From positions 1-64,000 of the forward strand of contig JBFIHX010000002.1 in the NCBI GenBank assembly GCA_041601615.1: a stretch of 64,000 nt of DNA. The letters run 5' to 3'. Source of the DNA: Thermoplasmatota archaeon (GTDB lineage Archaea; Thermoplasmatota; E2; JACPAO01; JAHFTW01). Each line of letters opens with the position of its first letter. Positions within the stretch are counted from its first letter, which is position 1. Under the pieces are notes generated by a model, which had not been told where the DNA came from, did no database searches, and worked only from the letters and a program-made list of their open reading frames with translations. Below, one piece after another: positions 35,839 through 45,606 of the stretch. A program made the position numbers and the translations under genes.

Positions 35839-37536
35839 ATGGTTACGAAGACGGGTCTTGCCCTCTCGGGCGGCGGTTTCCGTGCGGCATTCTACCACGT
35901 CGGCGTCTTAGCACGTCTTGCTGACGAAGACCGGCTTCGTTCCGTCGAAGTAATTTCAGCCGTAAGCGGAGGCAGCATCGTCGCCGCCCTCTACGGACTG
36001 CACCTTCGTTCCGTGCTCGAGTCGAAGCCGGACAAGGAAATCACGCGAGCAGACTACCAAGACGTTGTCTGGAAGGTCGGACACAGTCTTCGCCGTGGCG
36101 TGCGCCGCAACCTGCGCATGCGCATCTTTGCCAACCCGTTTGCCAGCCTCATGATGCTGCGGCCTGACTATACGCGAAGCGACCGCATGGCCCAACTCTA
36201 TGAGCGCCACTTGTACCGAGGGCTCGGCAGCAACAATCCTGTGCGAATGGAAGATCTACTCGTGCATCCACCTGGCGCGCCGAAGTTTGACCCCGAAAAA
36301 CACAATGCCAATCGCACCGCCAAAGTGCCTATCACTCTCCTGAATGCGACGGTTCTGAACACAGGCCACAATTGGCGCTTCGAGGGCACCCGCATGGGCG
36401 AGCCCCCCATTGTATCCCAGCGCGGACAAATCATACAGCGCGTCGACAAAAACATGCGCCTGGAGCGCGCCGACTCGTACGCAAAGCTGCCCGCCAGACC
36501 CCGACCAAACTATCCTGAATTTCCGCTCAAGTACGCAGTGGCCGCCAGTACCGCCGTTCCCGGCATTTTTGCCCCGCTGAGCCTGAGTGGCCTCTATCCG
36601 AAACTCCGCGTCCAACTTGTGGACGGAGGCGTCCACGACAACCAAGGTTTGCAAGGGCTGCTCGACCACGACTGCACCCACTTTTTGGTCAGCGACGCAA
36701 GCGGCCGACTGGAGGACAAATCACATCCCGCCTCAAACATTCTTGGCGTCCTCCCGCGTTCCAACAGCGTCATGGCCGACCGGATGCGCGAAGAGCAACT
36801 CGTCGATTTGCTCGAACATCACGCCCCCGATGACAACCTTGCAAGCCTGCTGGAGGACGTAACCCCGCCGTTTGTTCCGTACATTGGAAGCGACACGCCT
36901 GCCGTGCCCCGTAGCGACCCCGACCAACGCGCCCTCGCCGGCATTCGCACGGACCTAGACGCATTCCACGATGTGGAGGCATACGCATTGGCGCGAAACG
37001 GCTACCAAGCCATGGGCACCACACCGGGAATGCCGGCAGACCATGCCGCATGGCCATTCCTGCGCGTTGGAGAAGTCCCCGAAAAGAAGCGGATGCGACT
37101 CCTGCGCCTGGGAGCAAGCAAAATCGCCAAACCATTCCGGGTCAACGACGGCATGAAGGTCCTTGGAATCGCCTTGATTCTCCTTGCAATCGCAGGCGGG
37201 GTCGCTGCCGGTTCGGCCATCGGCTGGCGCAACATCTTCGGCCTACCTGGACTGGCGGCGGCAGGCGCTGTGCTCCTGTACGCGCTTTTGGTTGTGCTCG
37301 TGCAGCAATACGTCCCCAACCACGGCCTCGGTGCCTGGGTGCGCGGCATCGTGCGTGGCATCCCCGGCGTGCCTCTTGCCATCGTGGGCATGATCCTCTC
37401 CAATGGCTACCTGTGGTTCCTGAACGGCATCTACCTTCGAGCGGGTGCCGTGCCCGGAGGCGAGTGGTCCGAGAGCATCAATGCCGTCGCCAGCTCCACC
37501 GAGGCCCACGCTTCGCCCGCGACAGCATCGTCATGA
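35839..37536 (+). CDS. Patatin-like phospholipase with C-terminal TM helices
   Basis: LSGGGFRA, AVSGG nucleophile elbow, DGG. Confidence 0.93.
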   Translation: MVTKTGLALSGGGFRAAFYHVGVLARLADEDRLRSVEVISAVSGGSIVAALYGLHLRSVLESKPDKEITRADYQDVVWKVGHSLRRGVRRNLRMRIFANPFASLMMLRPDYTRSDRMAQLYERHLYRGLGSNNPVRMEDLLVHPPGAPKFDPEKHNANRTAKVPITLLNATVLNTGHNWRFEGTRMGEPPIVSQRGQIIQRVDKNMRLERADSYAKLPARPRPNYPEFPLKYAVAASTAVPGIFAPLSLSGLYPKLRVQLVDGGVHDNQGLQGLLDHDCTHFLVSDASGRLEDKSHPASNILGVLPRSNSVMADRMREEQLVDLLEHHAPDDNLASLLEDVTPPFVPYIGSDTPAVPRSDPDQRALAGIRTDLDAFHDVEAYALARNGYQAMGTTPGMPADHAAWPFLRVGEVPEKKRMRLLRLGASKIAKPFRVNDGMKVLGIALILLAIAGGVAAGSAIGWRNIFGLPGLAAAGAVLLYALLVVLVQQYVPNHGLGAWVRGIVRGIPGVPLAIVGMILSNGYLWFLNGIYLRAGAVPGGEWSESINAVASSTEAHASPATASS

Positions 37537-38036
37537 ACACCCTGCGCGTCGCCCCCGCCATGAGCACCGTCGAATCTCGCATCCAGGCCCTCGGACACTC
37601 CGTCCCCGCGCCCCCCGTTCCGGCCGCCAACTACGTGCCGTGGACCCGCAGCGGCAACACGGTGTACGTGGCAGGCCAGATCCCGACGATTGCAGGCAAG
37701 GTGCAGGCGACCGGAAAAATCGGCCCCGGCGGAGCCCACGATCTAGCGGCGGGCCAGGACATCGCCCGCATGTGCGCCCTCAACGTGGTCGCTGTCTTGA
37801 AGACCGCAGCCGAGGCGAACGGGAAGTCCCTCGACGATTTGCGCGTGGTACGCATGTCCGCCTACGTCAACGCCGCGCCCGGATTCACAGACATCCACGT
37901 GGTGACCAACGGAGCCAGCGACCTGATTGCCAAGGCATTCGGCGAGCATGGCATCCACGCACGCTCCGCCGTGGGTGTTGCCGAGTTGCCGCTGGACGTG
38001 CCGTTCGAGGTTGAGGCAATCGCCGAATTCCTCTAA
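37533..38036 (+). CDS. RidA/YjgF family protein
   Basis: AANYVP, VAGQ, NGASDL, HARSAVG, EVEA; alternative start 37560. Confidence 0.93.
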   Translation: MNTLRVAPAMSTVESRIQALGHSVPAPPVPAANYVPWTRSGNTVYVAGQIPTIAGKVQATGKIGPGGAHDLAAGQDIARMCALNVVAVLKTAAEANGKSLDDLRVVRMSAYVNAAPGFTDIHVVTNGASDLIAKAFGEHGIHARSAVGVAELPLDVPFEVEAIAEFL

Positions 38037-38044
38037 GCGCCGAG

Positions 38045-38776
38045 CTACCAGTAGAACCCGTAGTTGTACTCGCAGGCTCCCTCGCAGGTCACGAGCAGGT
38101 TCCACGTTCCGGCCGGCAACGCGTCGTCGTCGCCAGCTTCCACTTGGAAGGCTAGGTCCATGTCGTCCATGCTGACGCCGGGGAACCGCAGGCTTGCAAA
38201 GCTGTCGCCGTCGCTGTCGGTGATGGTCATGCGGTACCAGTCGTCGGGAGCATAGGCACTGACACGGTAGCGCAGCCTTTCAACGCCTTCGGGCAACTCG
38301 AAATCGTGGCTGCCAAATTCGTCATCAAGCGAACCATCGAACCGAGCATCTGCGTCCCGGTAGCGCAGGTTCAGACCCGTAATCTCAGGAAGCGAGCCAT
38401 TTTCCTCGCGGGCGACACTGAAGTCGCACGGCCCGCCGCACTCCACATCCACCCGCACTTCCCCCGAATACTCCGGCGAGAACGCGTTCCAGTGCAGGCC
38501 TCGAATGTGCACTTCGGCCTCATCCATGCCGAGGTTGCCTTCGATCATCCCAGACCGGCCATACACGGCCATGTTGAATCCATCCGGGCTGTCGGCGGAT
38601 ATGCGCCAAACGGCCGGCCCCGCAAGCACCGTCCCATCGTAATCGATGTCGGCGGCCACATCCAAATGATCTGCCCACCGCTGTTCGGCACCCATGAACT
38701 GAGCACTGGCATCAAATCCCGCTGTGGCACAACCAGAAAGGACGACAAACAGGAGCCCTACCACGAGTACACGCAT
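38045..38776 (-). CDS. Hypothetical lipoprotein with PPC-like beta domains
   Basis: LSGC lipobox; PAGTWNLLV. Confidence 0.75.
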   Translation of the reverse strand: MRVLVVGLLFVVLSGCATAGFDASAQFMGAEQRWADHLDVAADIDYDGTVLAGPAVWRISADSPDGFNMAVYGRSGMIEGNLGMDEAEVHIRGLHWNAFSPEYSGEVRVDVECGGPCDFSVAREENGSLPEITGLNLRYRDADARFDGSLDDEFGSHDFELPEGVERLRYRVSAYAPDDWYRMTITDSDGDSFASLRFPGVSMDDMDLAFQVEAGDDDALPAGTWNLLVTCEGACEYNYGFYW

Positions 38777-38884
38777 GACACCCAAGCCCGTATCGTCCCA
38801 CTTGAATGTTCTGGGCCGAATGCCGTCTCGAGGAGCAAGCGTCAAGTGCCCGAGGGCTGATATGTTCGAGGTCAAGGTGAACCC

Positions 38885-40015
38885 ATGCCATTTGTCCGTT
38901 CTGATGACGAGGCCCTGATTGAACAGGTCGTAACCGAATTCGCCCGCGACCAAATCGGCCTCGACGCAGCGGCCGACCTCGACCGGCACGACCGATTCCC
39001 CACCGATTTCGTCGCAGCCTCTGCCCAACTTGGGCTTGCAGGCGTCACGCTCACGGAAGCCGAAGGAGGCGCCGGAGCCGGGCCCACCGCCTACGTGTTG
39101 GCCCTGTCTGCCCTCGCCGCAGTTTGCCCCAACACTGCAGCCGTCCTTGCCACTCATAACGGCATGGGCCTCCGCTTGCTTGCAGAAGCCGGCAACCAAC
39201 CGACGCTCCTTGCCGCAGCAGCCAGCGGCGAACTCGTGTGCACCCTATCAACCGAGGAAGCACACGGCGGCGACAAGACACGCCTTGGCACCGTCGCGGT
39301 TCCCGACCCTGGCCCCGACGGCGGCTGGCGCATCACCGGCATGAAGGTCTGGGGACTCGCCGCCGAAGGAGCCCGACATTTTCTGGTGCTTGCCCGCACC
39401 GACGACGGCCCCACTTGGTTCGTGGTCCCTGCCGACGCACCCGGGCTCGTCATTGGCCACAACGAACCATTGCTGGGTCTGCGAGCAAGTGGCATCCGAA
39501 CCGTCTACCTTACCGAAGTCCAAGTCCCCGCCGACGCCGTGGTGGGCGCACCCGGACAAGCGCTCCCGCTCATGGACAAGGCACGCCCGTGGCTTCAACT
39601 CGGAGCCGCCGCATGCATCGTGGGCGCCGTCCAAGGCGCGCACACCGCCGCCACTGCATTTGCCGAGTCCCGCGTGCAGTTTGGCAAACCCATTGCCATG
39701 TTCCAAGCCGTCAGCGACGCCGTGACCGAAGTGGACATGACCCTCGCCGCCGCCCGCGCCCTCGTCCTGGAAGCCGCCGCGCATCTGGATGCACCCGACG
39801 CCGCCTTATGGGCCGCGCGCGCCAAGGGATTTGCCGCCGACGCCGCCATTCCACTGACACGCCGCAGCATCCGCATCCAAGGCGGCACCGGATTCATGCG
39901 CGAAGGAGGCACCGAGCGATTCGCCCGCGACGTGCGAGCGCTTCAGTTCGTGGGCGAACCACCGTTTGCGGCCCGGGAGATCATGAAGAAGGCAGTGCTT
40001 GATGTGGCGTGGTAG
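38885..40015 (+). CDS. Acyl-CoA dehydrogenase family protein
   Basis: GMKVW, LGLRAS, RVQFGKPI, IQGGTGF. Confidence 0.93.
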   Translation: MPFVRSDDEALIEQVVTEFARDQIGLDAAADLDRHDRFPTDFVAASAQLGLAGVTLTEAEGGAGAGPTAYVLALSALAAVCPNTAAVLATHNGMGLRLLAEAGNQPTLLAAAASGELVCTLSTEEAHGGDKTRLGTVAVPDPGPDGGWRITGMKVWGLAAEGARHFLVLARTDDGPTWFVVPADAPGLVIGHNEPLLGLRASGIRTVYLTEVQVPADAVVGAPGQALPLMDKARPWLQLGAAACIVGAVQGAHTAATAFAESRVQFGKPIAMFQAVSDAVTEVDMTLAAARALVLEAAAHLDAPDAALWAARAKGFAADAAIPLTRRSIRIQGGTGFMREGGTERFARDVRALQFVGEPPFAAREIMKKAVLDVAW

Positions 40016-40051
40016 GAAACCCCCTTCAACCGCGCCATGCTCCGAGCCCAT

Positions 40052-40480
40052 GTGTCCGAATCCCCCGTCACCGAGCAGATGGAGGAATACCTTGAGACCA
40101 TCTACCGCATGGAGGAGGACGGCAAGGTTGCTCGCACGGGCGAAGTCGCCCGCCAATTGGGCGTGGCGCCGCCTTCCGTAACGGACATGCTCCAAAAATT
40201 GGAGAAGGCCGGTCTCGTGGTGTACGAGCCTTACAAAGGGGTCAATTTGACCAGCGAAGGGCGCGACGTGGGACGCCGACAATTGGAGAAACACCGCGTC
40301 ATGCAGGCATTTTTGCAGGAAGTCTGCGGCATGGGCAAGGACGAAGCACACGACGCAGCGTGCGACATGGAGCACAGCATCCCGGATGCCCTGGACGCTT
40401 GGATTCGCAACTACCTTGAAGGCCAAATGGGGCGTCCATTCGACACGACGCGCAAGGTCAAAGAGCAAATCGCCGAGTAG
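40052..40480 (+). CDS. DtxR/MntR family metal-dependent regulator
   Basis: EEYLETIY, PSVTDML, KHR, ACDMEH. Confidence 0.95.
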   Translation: MSESPVTEQMEEYLETIYRMEEDGKVARTGEVARQLGVAPPSVTDMLQKLEKAGLVVYEPYKGVNLTSEGRDVGRRQLEKHRVMQAFLQEVCGMGKDEAHDAACDMEHSIPDALDAWIRNYLEGQMGRPFDTTRKVKEQIAE

Positions 40481-40491
40481 CCCCACGCGAG

Positions 40492-40553
40492 GTTTCGGGG
40501 CCTCGAAACCTTCATACCTTGTGCCTTTTTGCAAAGTTTCGAGGACTCGAAAC
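40492..40553. promoter_or_regulatory. Two GTTTCG-N6-CGAAAC operators flanking a TATA-like box
   Basis: 40492-40509 and 40536-40553; CTTCATAC between; second copy abuts the ATG. Confidence 0.8.
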
Positions 40554-41495
40554 ATGCGCGCTCTTCTCGTCTTTGCACTCCTGTTGATCCCCGCCCTCGC
40601 CGGTTGCACCAGCGACGACACCCTCCGCATCGCATTCGTTGCCAAGGACACCGCCACAGCCCCCCACGAGGACCTCGACCGCCTCGCCGAATTCATCGAA
40701 CACGAAACCGGCCGCCCCACGAAGGTGCTCTTTTTCACCAGCAGCACCGCAGCACTCGAAGCCGTGCGATTCGGCCAAGCCGACGTAGCAAGTGTGGACG
40801 GCGCCGCCGCATGGCTCGCCTGGAACCAAAACGGCCTCGAAGCGATCGCCAGCGAAGTACGCGGCGACGGCCGCACCTACTACCGCGCCGCCGCCTGGGT
40901 CCACGCCGACAGCGACATCCAAAGCATCGACGACTTCGCCGGACGCACCTCCTGCCACACAGGCGCCATGAAGAGCGCCGGCATGTTCCTCCCCATCAGC
41001 TACCTCGTCCAAGCCGGCCTCATCGACGCCAGCGCCTACCCCGACGACATCAGCCAAGTTCCCGAGATGGCCAAGGACTTCTTCGACAACCCTGTCATCG
41101 GCGGCGCCTACGAAGGCTACAATGGTGCCCTGCGCTGCCTCAGCGACAACGCTGGCGAAATCGCATTCATCCGCGACACCACCCCCGCCGACTACTGCAC
41201 CCAAGGCGACGCAGAAACCTGGTGCCTCCCCATCGACCAATACCGCAAAGTCGTCGAATTTGGCAACGTCCCCGAACACCCCTTCATGGTCAGCCCCGAC
41301 CTCGACGCCAGCACCCGCGCCGACCTGCTCGCCGCCCTGCTCGCCCTCAATGACAGCGACAACGGACAAGCCATCCTCACCAACACCTTCGGCACCGGCT
41401 CCCTCCAAGCCGTCGACACCGAAGCACACCTCGGCGGCTACGGGGCCCTCATCGCCCAGCTTCCAGGCATGGCCGCCTACGCCGAGAGCCAGTAA
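40554..41495 (+). CDS. PhnD-like ABC substrate-binding lipoprotein
   Basis: LAGC lipobox; TYYRAAAWV, SCHTG..SAG..LP, VPEHPF. Confidence 0.88.
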   Translation: MRALLVFALLLIPALAGCTSDDTLRIAFVAKDTATAPHEDLDRLAEFIEHETGRPTKVLFFTSSTAALEAVRFGQADVASVDGAAAWLAWNQNGLEAIASEVRGDGRTYYRAAAWVHADSDIQSIDDFAGRTSCHTGAMKSAGMFLPISYLVQAGLIDASAYPDDISQVPEMAKDFFDNPVIGGAYEGYNGALRCLSDNAGEIAFIRDTTPADYCTQGDAETWCLPIDQYRKVVEFGNVPEHPFMVSPDLDASTRADLLAALLALNDSDNGQAILTNTFGTGSLQAVDTEAHLGGYGALIAQLPGMAAYAESQ

Positions 41496-42179
41496 ATGGA
41501 CCCCGTGCTGCGGCTCCAGAACCTTCGCGCCGGCTACCGAGGTGGCCCCGACGTGGTGCAAGGCGTCGATCTGGAGCTGCAGCCCGGCGAATCCATAGCC
41601 ATCCTGGGCGAATCCGGCGGCGGCAAAAGCACCCTCATCAAATTGGTCGCCGGATTGGTCCCCGTGCGCCAAGGCACCCTCGAAGTGCTCGGGAGCCCAT
41701 CCCCGCAACGACCCCCCCGCGGCAGCGTCGGATACATCCCACAACGACTCGGCCTCGTGCGCCACACAAGCGTGCTTGACAACGTCGTCCACGGCGGCCT
41801 GCACGAAACCAGCTTCCTCGACGCCCTCCTACACCGCGCCCCAGCCAAAGTAATCGAACGAGCCTACACCGCCCTCGAAGCAGTGGGACTCAGCGACAAA
41901 GCCCACGACCCCATCCACCAACTCTCCGGCGGCCAACAACGACGCACCGCCGTCGCCCGCGCCCTCGTCCAACGCCCACGCTTGCTTCTTGCCGACGAAT
42001 TCTTGGGAGAACTCGACCCCAAAACCGCCAAGACCGTCGCCGCCGCCGTCCAAAGCCTGCGCGAACAACACGGCACCGCCGTCCTCCTCGTCGAACACCG
42101 CATCGAACAAGCCCGCCTCATCGCCGACCGCATCTTCCGCATGGAACAAGGCCAACTCGTCGAGGTGACCGAAACATGA
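41496..42179 (+). CDS. PhnC-like ABC ATPase
   Basis: GESGGGKS, LSGGQQRR, LLADE. Confidence 0.92.
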   Translation: MDPVLRLQNLRAGYRGGPDVVQGVDLELQPGESIAILGESGGGKSTLIKLVAGLVPVRQGTLEVLGSPSPQRPPRGSVGYIPQRLGLVRHTSVLDNVVHGGLHETSFLDALLHRAPAKVIERAYTALEAVGLSDKAHDPIHQLSGGQQRRTAVARALVQRPRLLLADEFLGELDPKTAKTVAAAVQSLREQHGTAVLLVEHRIEQARLIADRIFRMEQGQLVEVTET

Positions 42180-43021
42180 GTGGACAACACGGCCACAACC
42201 ACGGCACCGGACGCACCCTGATCCTGGCAGCCCTCCTCCTCGGCGCCCTCGTCTGGGCCTGGACCGGCCTCGACATGGACACGGCCCGCATCAGCCGCGC
42301 CAGCGCTGCCCTCTCCGCCATCGCCCTCGAATTCTGGCCCCCCGACTTCTCCCACGGCAACGTCATCGTCGACGCCATGATCGAAACGCTGCAAATGGCG
42401 ATCCTCGCCACGATCTTCGGCACCCTCATCAGCATCCCCATGGGCTTAGTTGCCGCCCGCACCGTCTTCCCACCCTGGATCGCCGTCCCCACAAGGCTCG
42501 CCGCAACCGCCGTGCGCGTCGTCCCCATCCTCATCTGGGCCCTGCTCGCGGTCATCACCCTCGGACCAGGACCCCTCGCAGGCGTCGTCGCCCTCACCTT
42601 CTACACCGTCGGCTACCTCACCAAACTCCAAAGCGAAAGCATCGAAGGCATCCCCCGCGACGCCCTCGACGCCGTCCGCGCCATGGGTGCTCCGCGCTAC
42701 CAACAAGCCTGGCATGTGGTGCTGCCCGAAGCCGCCAACGCGCTGCGCGCCCAAGCCCTCTTCATGTTCGAATACAACGTGCGAAGCAGCAGCATCGTCG
42801 GCTTCGTCGGCGCCGGCGGCCTCGGCGTCTTGCTCGACAGCGCCCGGCAATTCCAGCAATACGACCGCATCACCGCCTTCGTCTTGGCCCTGTTTTTGGT
42901 CGTCGTGGTCATCGACGGCATCAGCTACTTGATTCGACGAAGGTACATCGAACACGAAGAGCGCGGGCGGGCGTCGTGGCGGGATGTTTTGATGCCTTTC
43001 TCGAGTAGGGGAAGGGGTTGA
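42176..43021 (+). CDS. PhnE-like ABC permease
   Basis: ETLQMAI, GPGPLAG, FEYNVR, VGAGGLG. Confidence 0.92.
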   Translation: MSGQHGHNHGTGRTLILAALLLGALVWAWTGLDMDTARISRASAALSAIALEFWPPDFSHGNVIVDAMIETLQMAILATIFGTLISIPMGLVAARTVFPPWIAVPTRLAATAVRVVPILIWALLAVITLGPGPLAGVVALTFYTVGYLTKLQSESIEGIPRDALDAVRAMGAPRYQQAWHVVLPEAANALRAQALFMFEYNVRSSSIVGFVGAGGLGVLLDSARQFQQYDRITAFVLALFLVVVVIDGISYLIRRRYIEHEERGRASWRDVLMPFSSRGRG

Positions 43022-43137
43022 GGGACGAACCAAACCATTGATTGTGGCGGGCCGCCGGAGTGCGCAGGAGACCCAGCCCCCGCATAGTGACGACAATTGA
43101 AGCAAGACTTATGGTTGCGCCGTCACTACATCAGAGT

Positions 43138-44169
43138 ATGTCACGAAAAGCCTACCGCGTCGAGATGACGTTCGCGGGGGAGAACCCTCGATACTACCTG
43201 GCAAAAGACGTGCGCGTCGGAGACAAGAGGCGCAAGGTTCGCCTATACATTGGAAGCAAGCAACCAACGCCTGCCGAGGTGGACCGCTTCCGCAACGAGA
43301 GAGGGCCGGAATTGGAAGTCCTTGCAGCCCTGAAAAAGGCACACATGAGTGCCGAGACCTTCCCGTCGGACTACCTCAAACCCGACCAAATCAAGGAGCT
43401 GGAGGAAATACGATGGCTGTACCAGAGTGCAAAGGCACTCATGACAACCAGCGAAGTGGAAGCGTATGAGAAAGATTTCGAAATTCACTATGTCCAAGGT
43501 ACAACAAGCATAGAAGGAAACACTCTAGATCTTGGGGAAACTGGCCGCCTATTGGAAGAAGGGATCGTCCCCGTAGGAAAATCTCTGCGAGAAATTAACG
43601 AAGTTCAAAATTTCCGACAAGTCGCGACTTTTAGGAATCAATACCGTGGAAAAGTAAATCTGGCATTCATCCGGACATTGCATGAGCACGTAATGGCAAA
43701 CATCGACCTCGAGCAAGCTGGAAAGTTCCGCCGGACTGATGACATCGGCATCGCCGGCTGTGACCTGCGCGTTGCCCCGTCCGTGACCATCGAGGAGGAC
43801 CTATCCGCGATCATTGACGAATACTACAATTCGATTGCGCATGGCAAGCATCCCTTCGAATCGGCAATCCTGTTTCACTACCATTTTGAAATGATTCATC
43901 CCTTCGTTGACGGCAATGGTCGCGTTGGCCGGGAAATCCTCAACTACATGTTGGTGAGGGAAAAATTTCCTCGCTTGCTCTTCCTTGGGTCAGATCGCAA
44001 CATCTACATCGATGCTTTGAAAGCCGGCAACCTGGAATTGTATGCAGACATGGTGTTGGCTCTTGCAAGGATTGTAATTAACCAACGGCGCCAAATCATG
44101 GAGGACAGGGTCCGCGCACTCGCGACGGACAAGCGACCCGGGGGACAAACCCGGCTATTCGACTTTTAG
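43138..44169 (+). CDS. Fic family protein
   Basis: HPFVDGNGRVGR; TTSIEGN; lower GC; alternative start 43111. Confidence 0.93.
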   Translation: MSRKAYRVEMTFAGENPRYYLAKDVRVGDKRRKVRLYIGSKQPTPAEVDRFRNERGPELEVLAALKKAHMSAETFPSDYLKPDQIKELEEIRWLYQSAKALMTTSEVEAYEKDFEIHYVQGTTSIEGNTLDLGETGRLLEEGIVPVGKSLREINEVQNFRQVATFRNQYRGKVNLAFIRTLHEHVMANIDLEQAGKFRRTDDIGIAGCDLRVAPSVTIEEDLSAIIDEYYNSIAHGKHPFESAILFHYHFEMIHPFVDGNGRVGREILNYMLVREKFPRLLFLGSDRNIYIDALKAGNLELYADMVLALARIVINQRRQIMEDRVRALATDKRPGGQTRLFDF

Positions 44170-44389
44170 CGACCGGAAGGCAGACGGGTGGCAGGAGCGG
44201 CGCCTTGCACCGTCGAGCCTGATTGTTTTCGACCTCACAAATCAATCAACCCCCCTTGCTTTGCTCGGCGGGTTAACTCGCAGCCGATTCGGCCTCACAC
44301 GCACGTTCCCGAATCGCACTCAATTGGCCGCCTTCAATTCGAAACATCGCCCCCCACAAACGGTTAAGAGCAAGCAACCGTCGGCCGCA

Positions 44390-44456
44390 CCAAGCGCAGG
44401 ACGCCCCATGGTGTTGTGAGCCCCGACAAGGGCTGCTCGCTATACCCTGCGCTTGG
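44390..44456 (+). promoter_or_regulatory. Structured 5' leader of rps6e
   Basis: Perfect 11-bp stem CCAAGCGCAGG/CCTGCGCTTGG enclosing AGCCC/GGGCT hairpin; GGTTAAG about 25 nt upstream. Confidence 0.6.
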
Positions 44457-44467
44457 AAGTGATTCCC

Positions 44468-44866
44468 ATGGCTACATTCAAACTCGTCATCAGCGACCCC
44501 TCGGACGGCAAGAGCTACAACCTCGAAGTAACGGGCCACCACGCCCAGAACCTCGTTGGCAAGAAAATCGGTGACACCATCGATGGCCTGAACGCCAACT
44601 TGCCCGGCTACAAGCTCATGATCACCGGCGGCACCGACAAGAGCGGTTTCCCGATGCGCCGTGACTTCAACGGTGGCGAACGCCGCCGCCTCCTTCTGTC
44701 CGAAGGCACTGGTTTCCACCCCGTCAACGCCCCTGGCAAGCGCATGCGCAAGAGCATCCGCGGCAATATCATCACCCAGGAAATCGTCCAGGTGAATGTC
44801 AAGGTCGCCAAGTCCGGCAGCAAGCCGGTCGCTGAGCACTTTGCCAACCTTGCTGGCCAGGACTAG
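44468..44866 (+). CDS. rps6e: 30S ribosomal protein S6e
   Basis: FKLVISDP, ITGGTDKSGFPM, RKSIRGN. Confidence 0.98.
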   Translation: MATFKLVISDPSDGKSYNLEVTGHHAQNLVGKKIGDTIDGLNANLPGYKLMITGGTDKSGFPMRRDFNGGERRRLLLSEGTGFHPVNAPGKRMRKSIRGNIITQEIVQVNVKVAKSGSKPVAEHFANLAGQD

Positions 44867-44915
44867 GCCCTGCGCCGGTTCACCGGCTGCCCTCCCTCTC
44901 CTTCCCCCTTTGTTG

Positions 44916-45359
44916 TTATGCTAGGCGGTACGATCCACCCCGGCGCCGTGGAGCCTCCACGATTCCTTCGTTGACCAATCGGCGCAGGCGTTCTTGGGTC
45001 CCGGTTCGGCTCCAGGCCCAGCGTTCCTTGGCGCCCTCTACCACATCCGCTTGCCTGGGTGCTCCGAGCAATCCGACGAGGCGGGCGAGTCGGTCGCTGC
45101 GGGGATCTGCGAGTTCCGCTTGTGCTCGCCAGGTTGTTTCTTGGAATCGGGCTGCGGCAAAGCAGTGCAATCGGCCGCCATTTCGGCGCAGAGCAATGAG
45201 TCCGGCCGCTACGAGCACGTCGAGGTGGTGGCGTGTGTTGCCGACGCCGAGCGAGGACTCTGTTGCTAGGGTCCGAAAGTGCACTCCGGGGCGGGCTTCC
45301 ACGAGCCGGAAGAGTAGGTCGCGATTGGGGTGTTCGAGGGGTTGGAGCGATGGGCGCAT
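44916..45359 (-). CDS. Tandem wHTH regulator (COG3398-like)
   Basis: LEHPNR...PGVHF...HHLDVL, second HTH. Confidence 0.8.
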   Translation of the reverse strand: MRPSLQPLEHPNRDLLFRLVEARPGVHFRTLATESSLGVGNTRHHLDVLVAAGLIALRRNGGRLHCFAAARFQETTWRAQAELADPRSDRLARLVGLLGAPRQADVVEGAKERWAWSRTGTQERLRRLVNEGIVEAPRRRGGSYRLA

Positions 45360-45606
45360 GACCCAACATGGACCCCGAGCACTAGAGGAGCGGCGTCCAC
45401 ACCAAGTTGGGTGCGGCACACACCAAGGTGTGTACTGTACACTTGTTGGCCTATCTCGCGGTTCAGTCGGTCCAGTCGGCGCACGCATGCGGTTGCGAAG
45501 CGCCGGACCGCTGGGGCCCGGACAGTGATGCAATTGAGCGGGGACACTTCATTTTGCGCCTCTTTGACCCTCCTTGCGGTGCCGGTGCCTTCGTTTGCGC
45601 ACGGAG

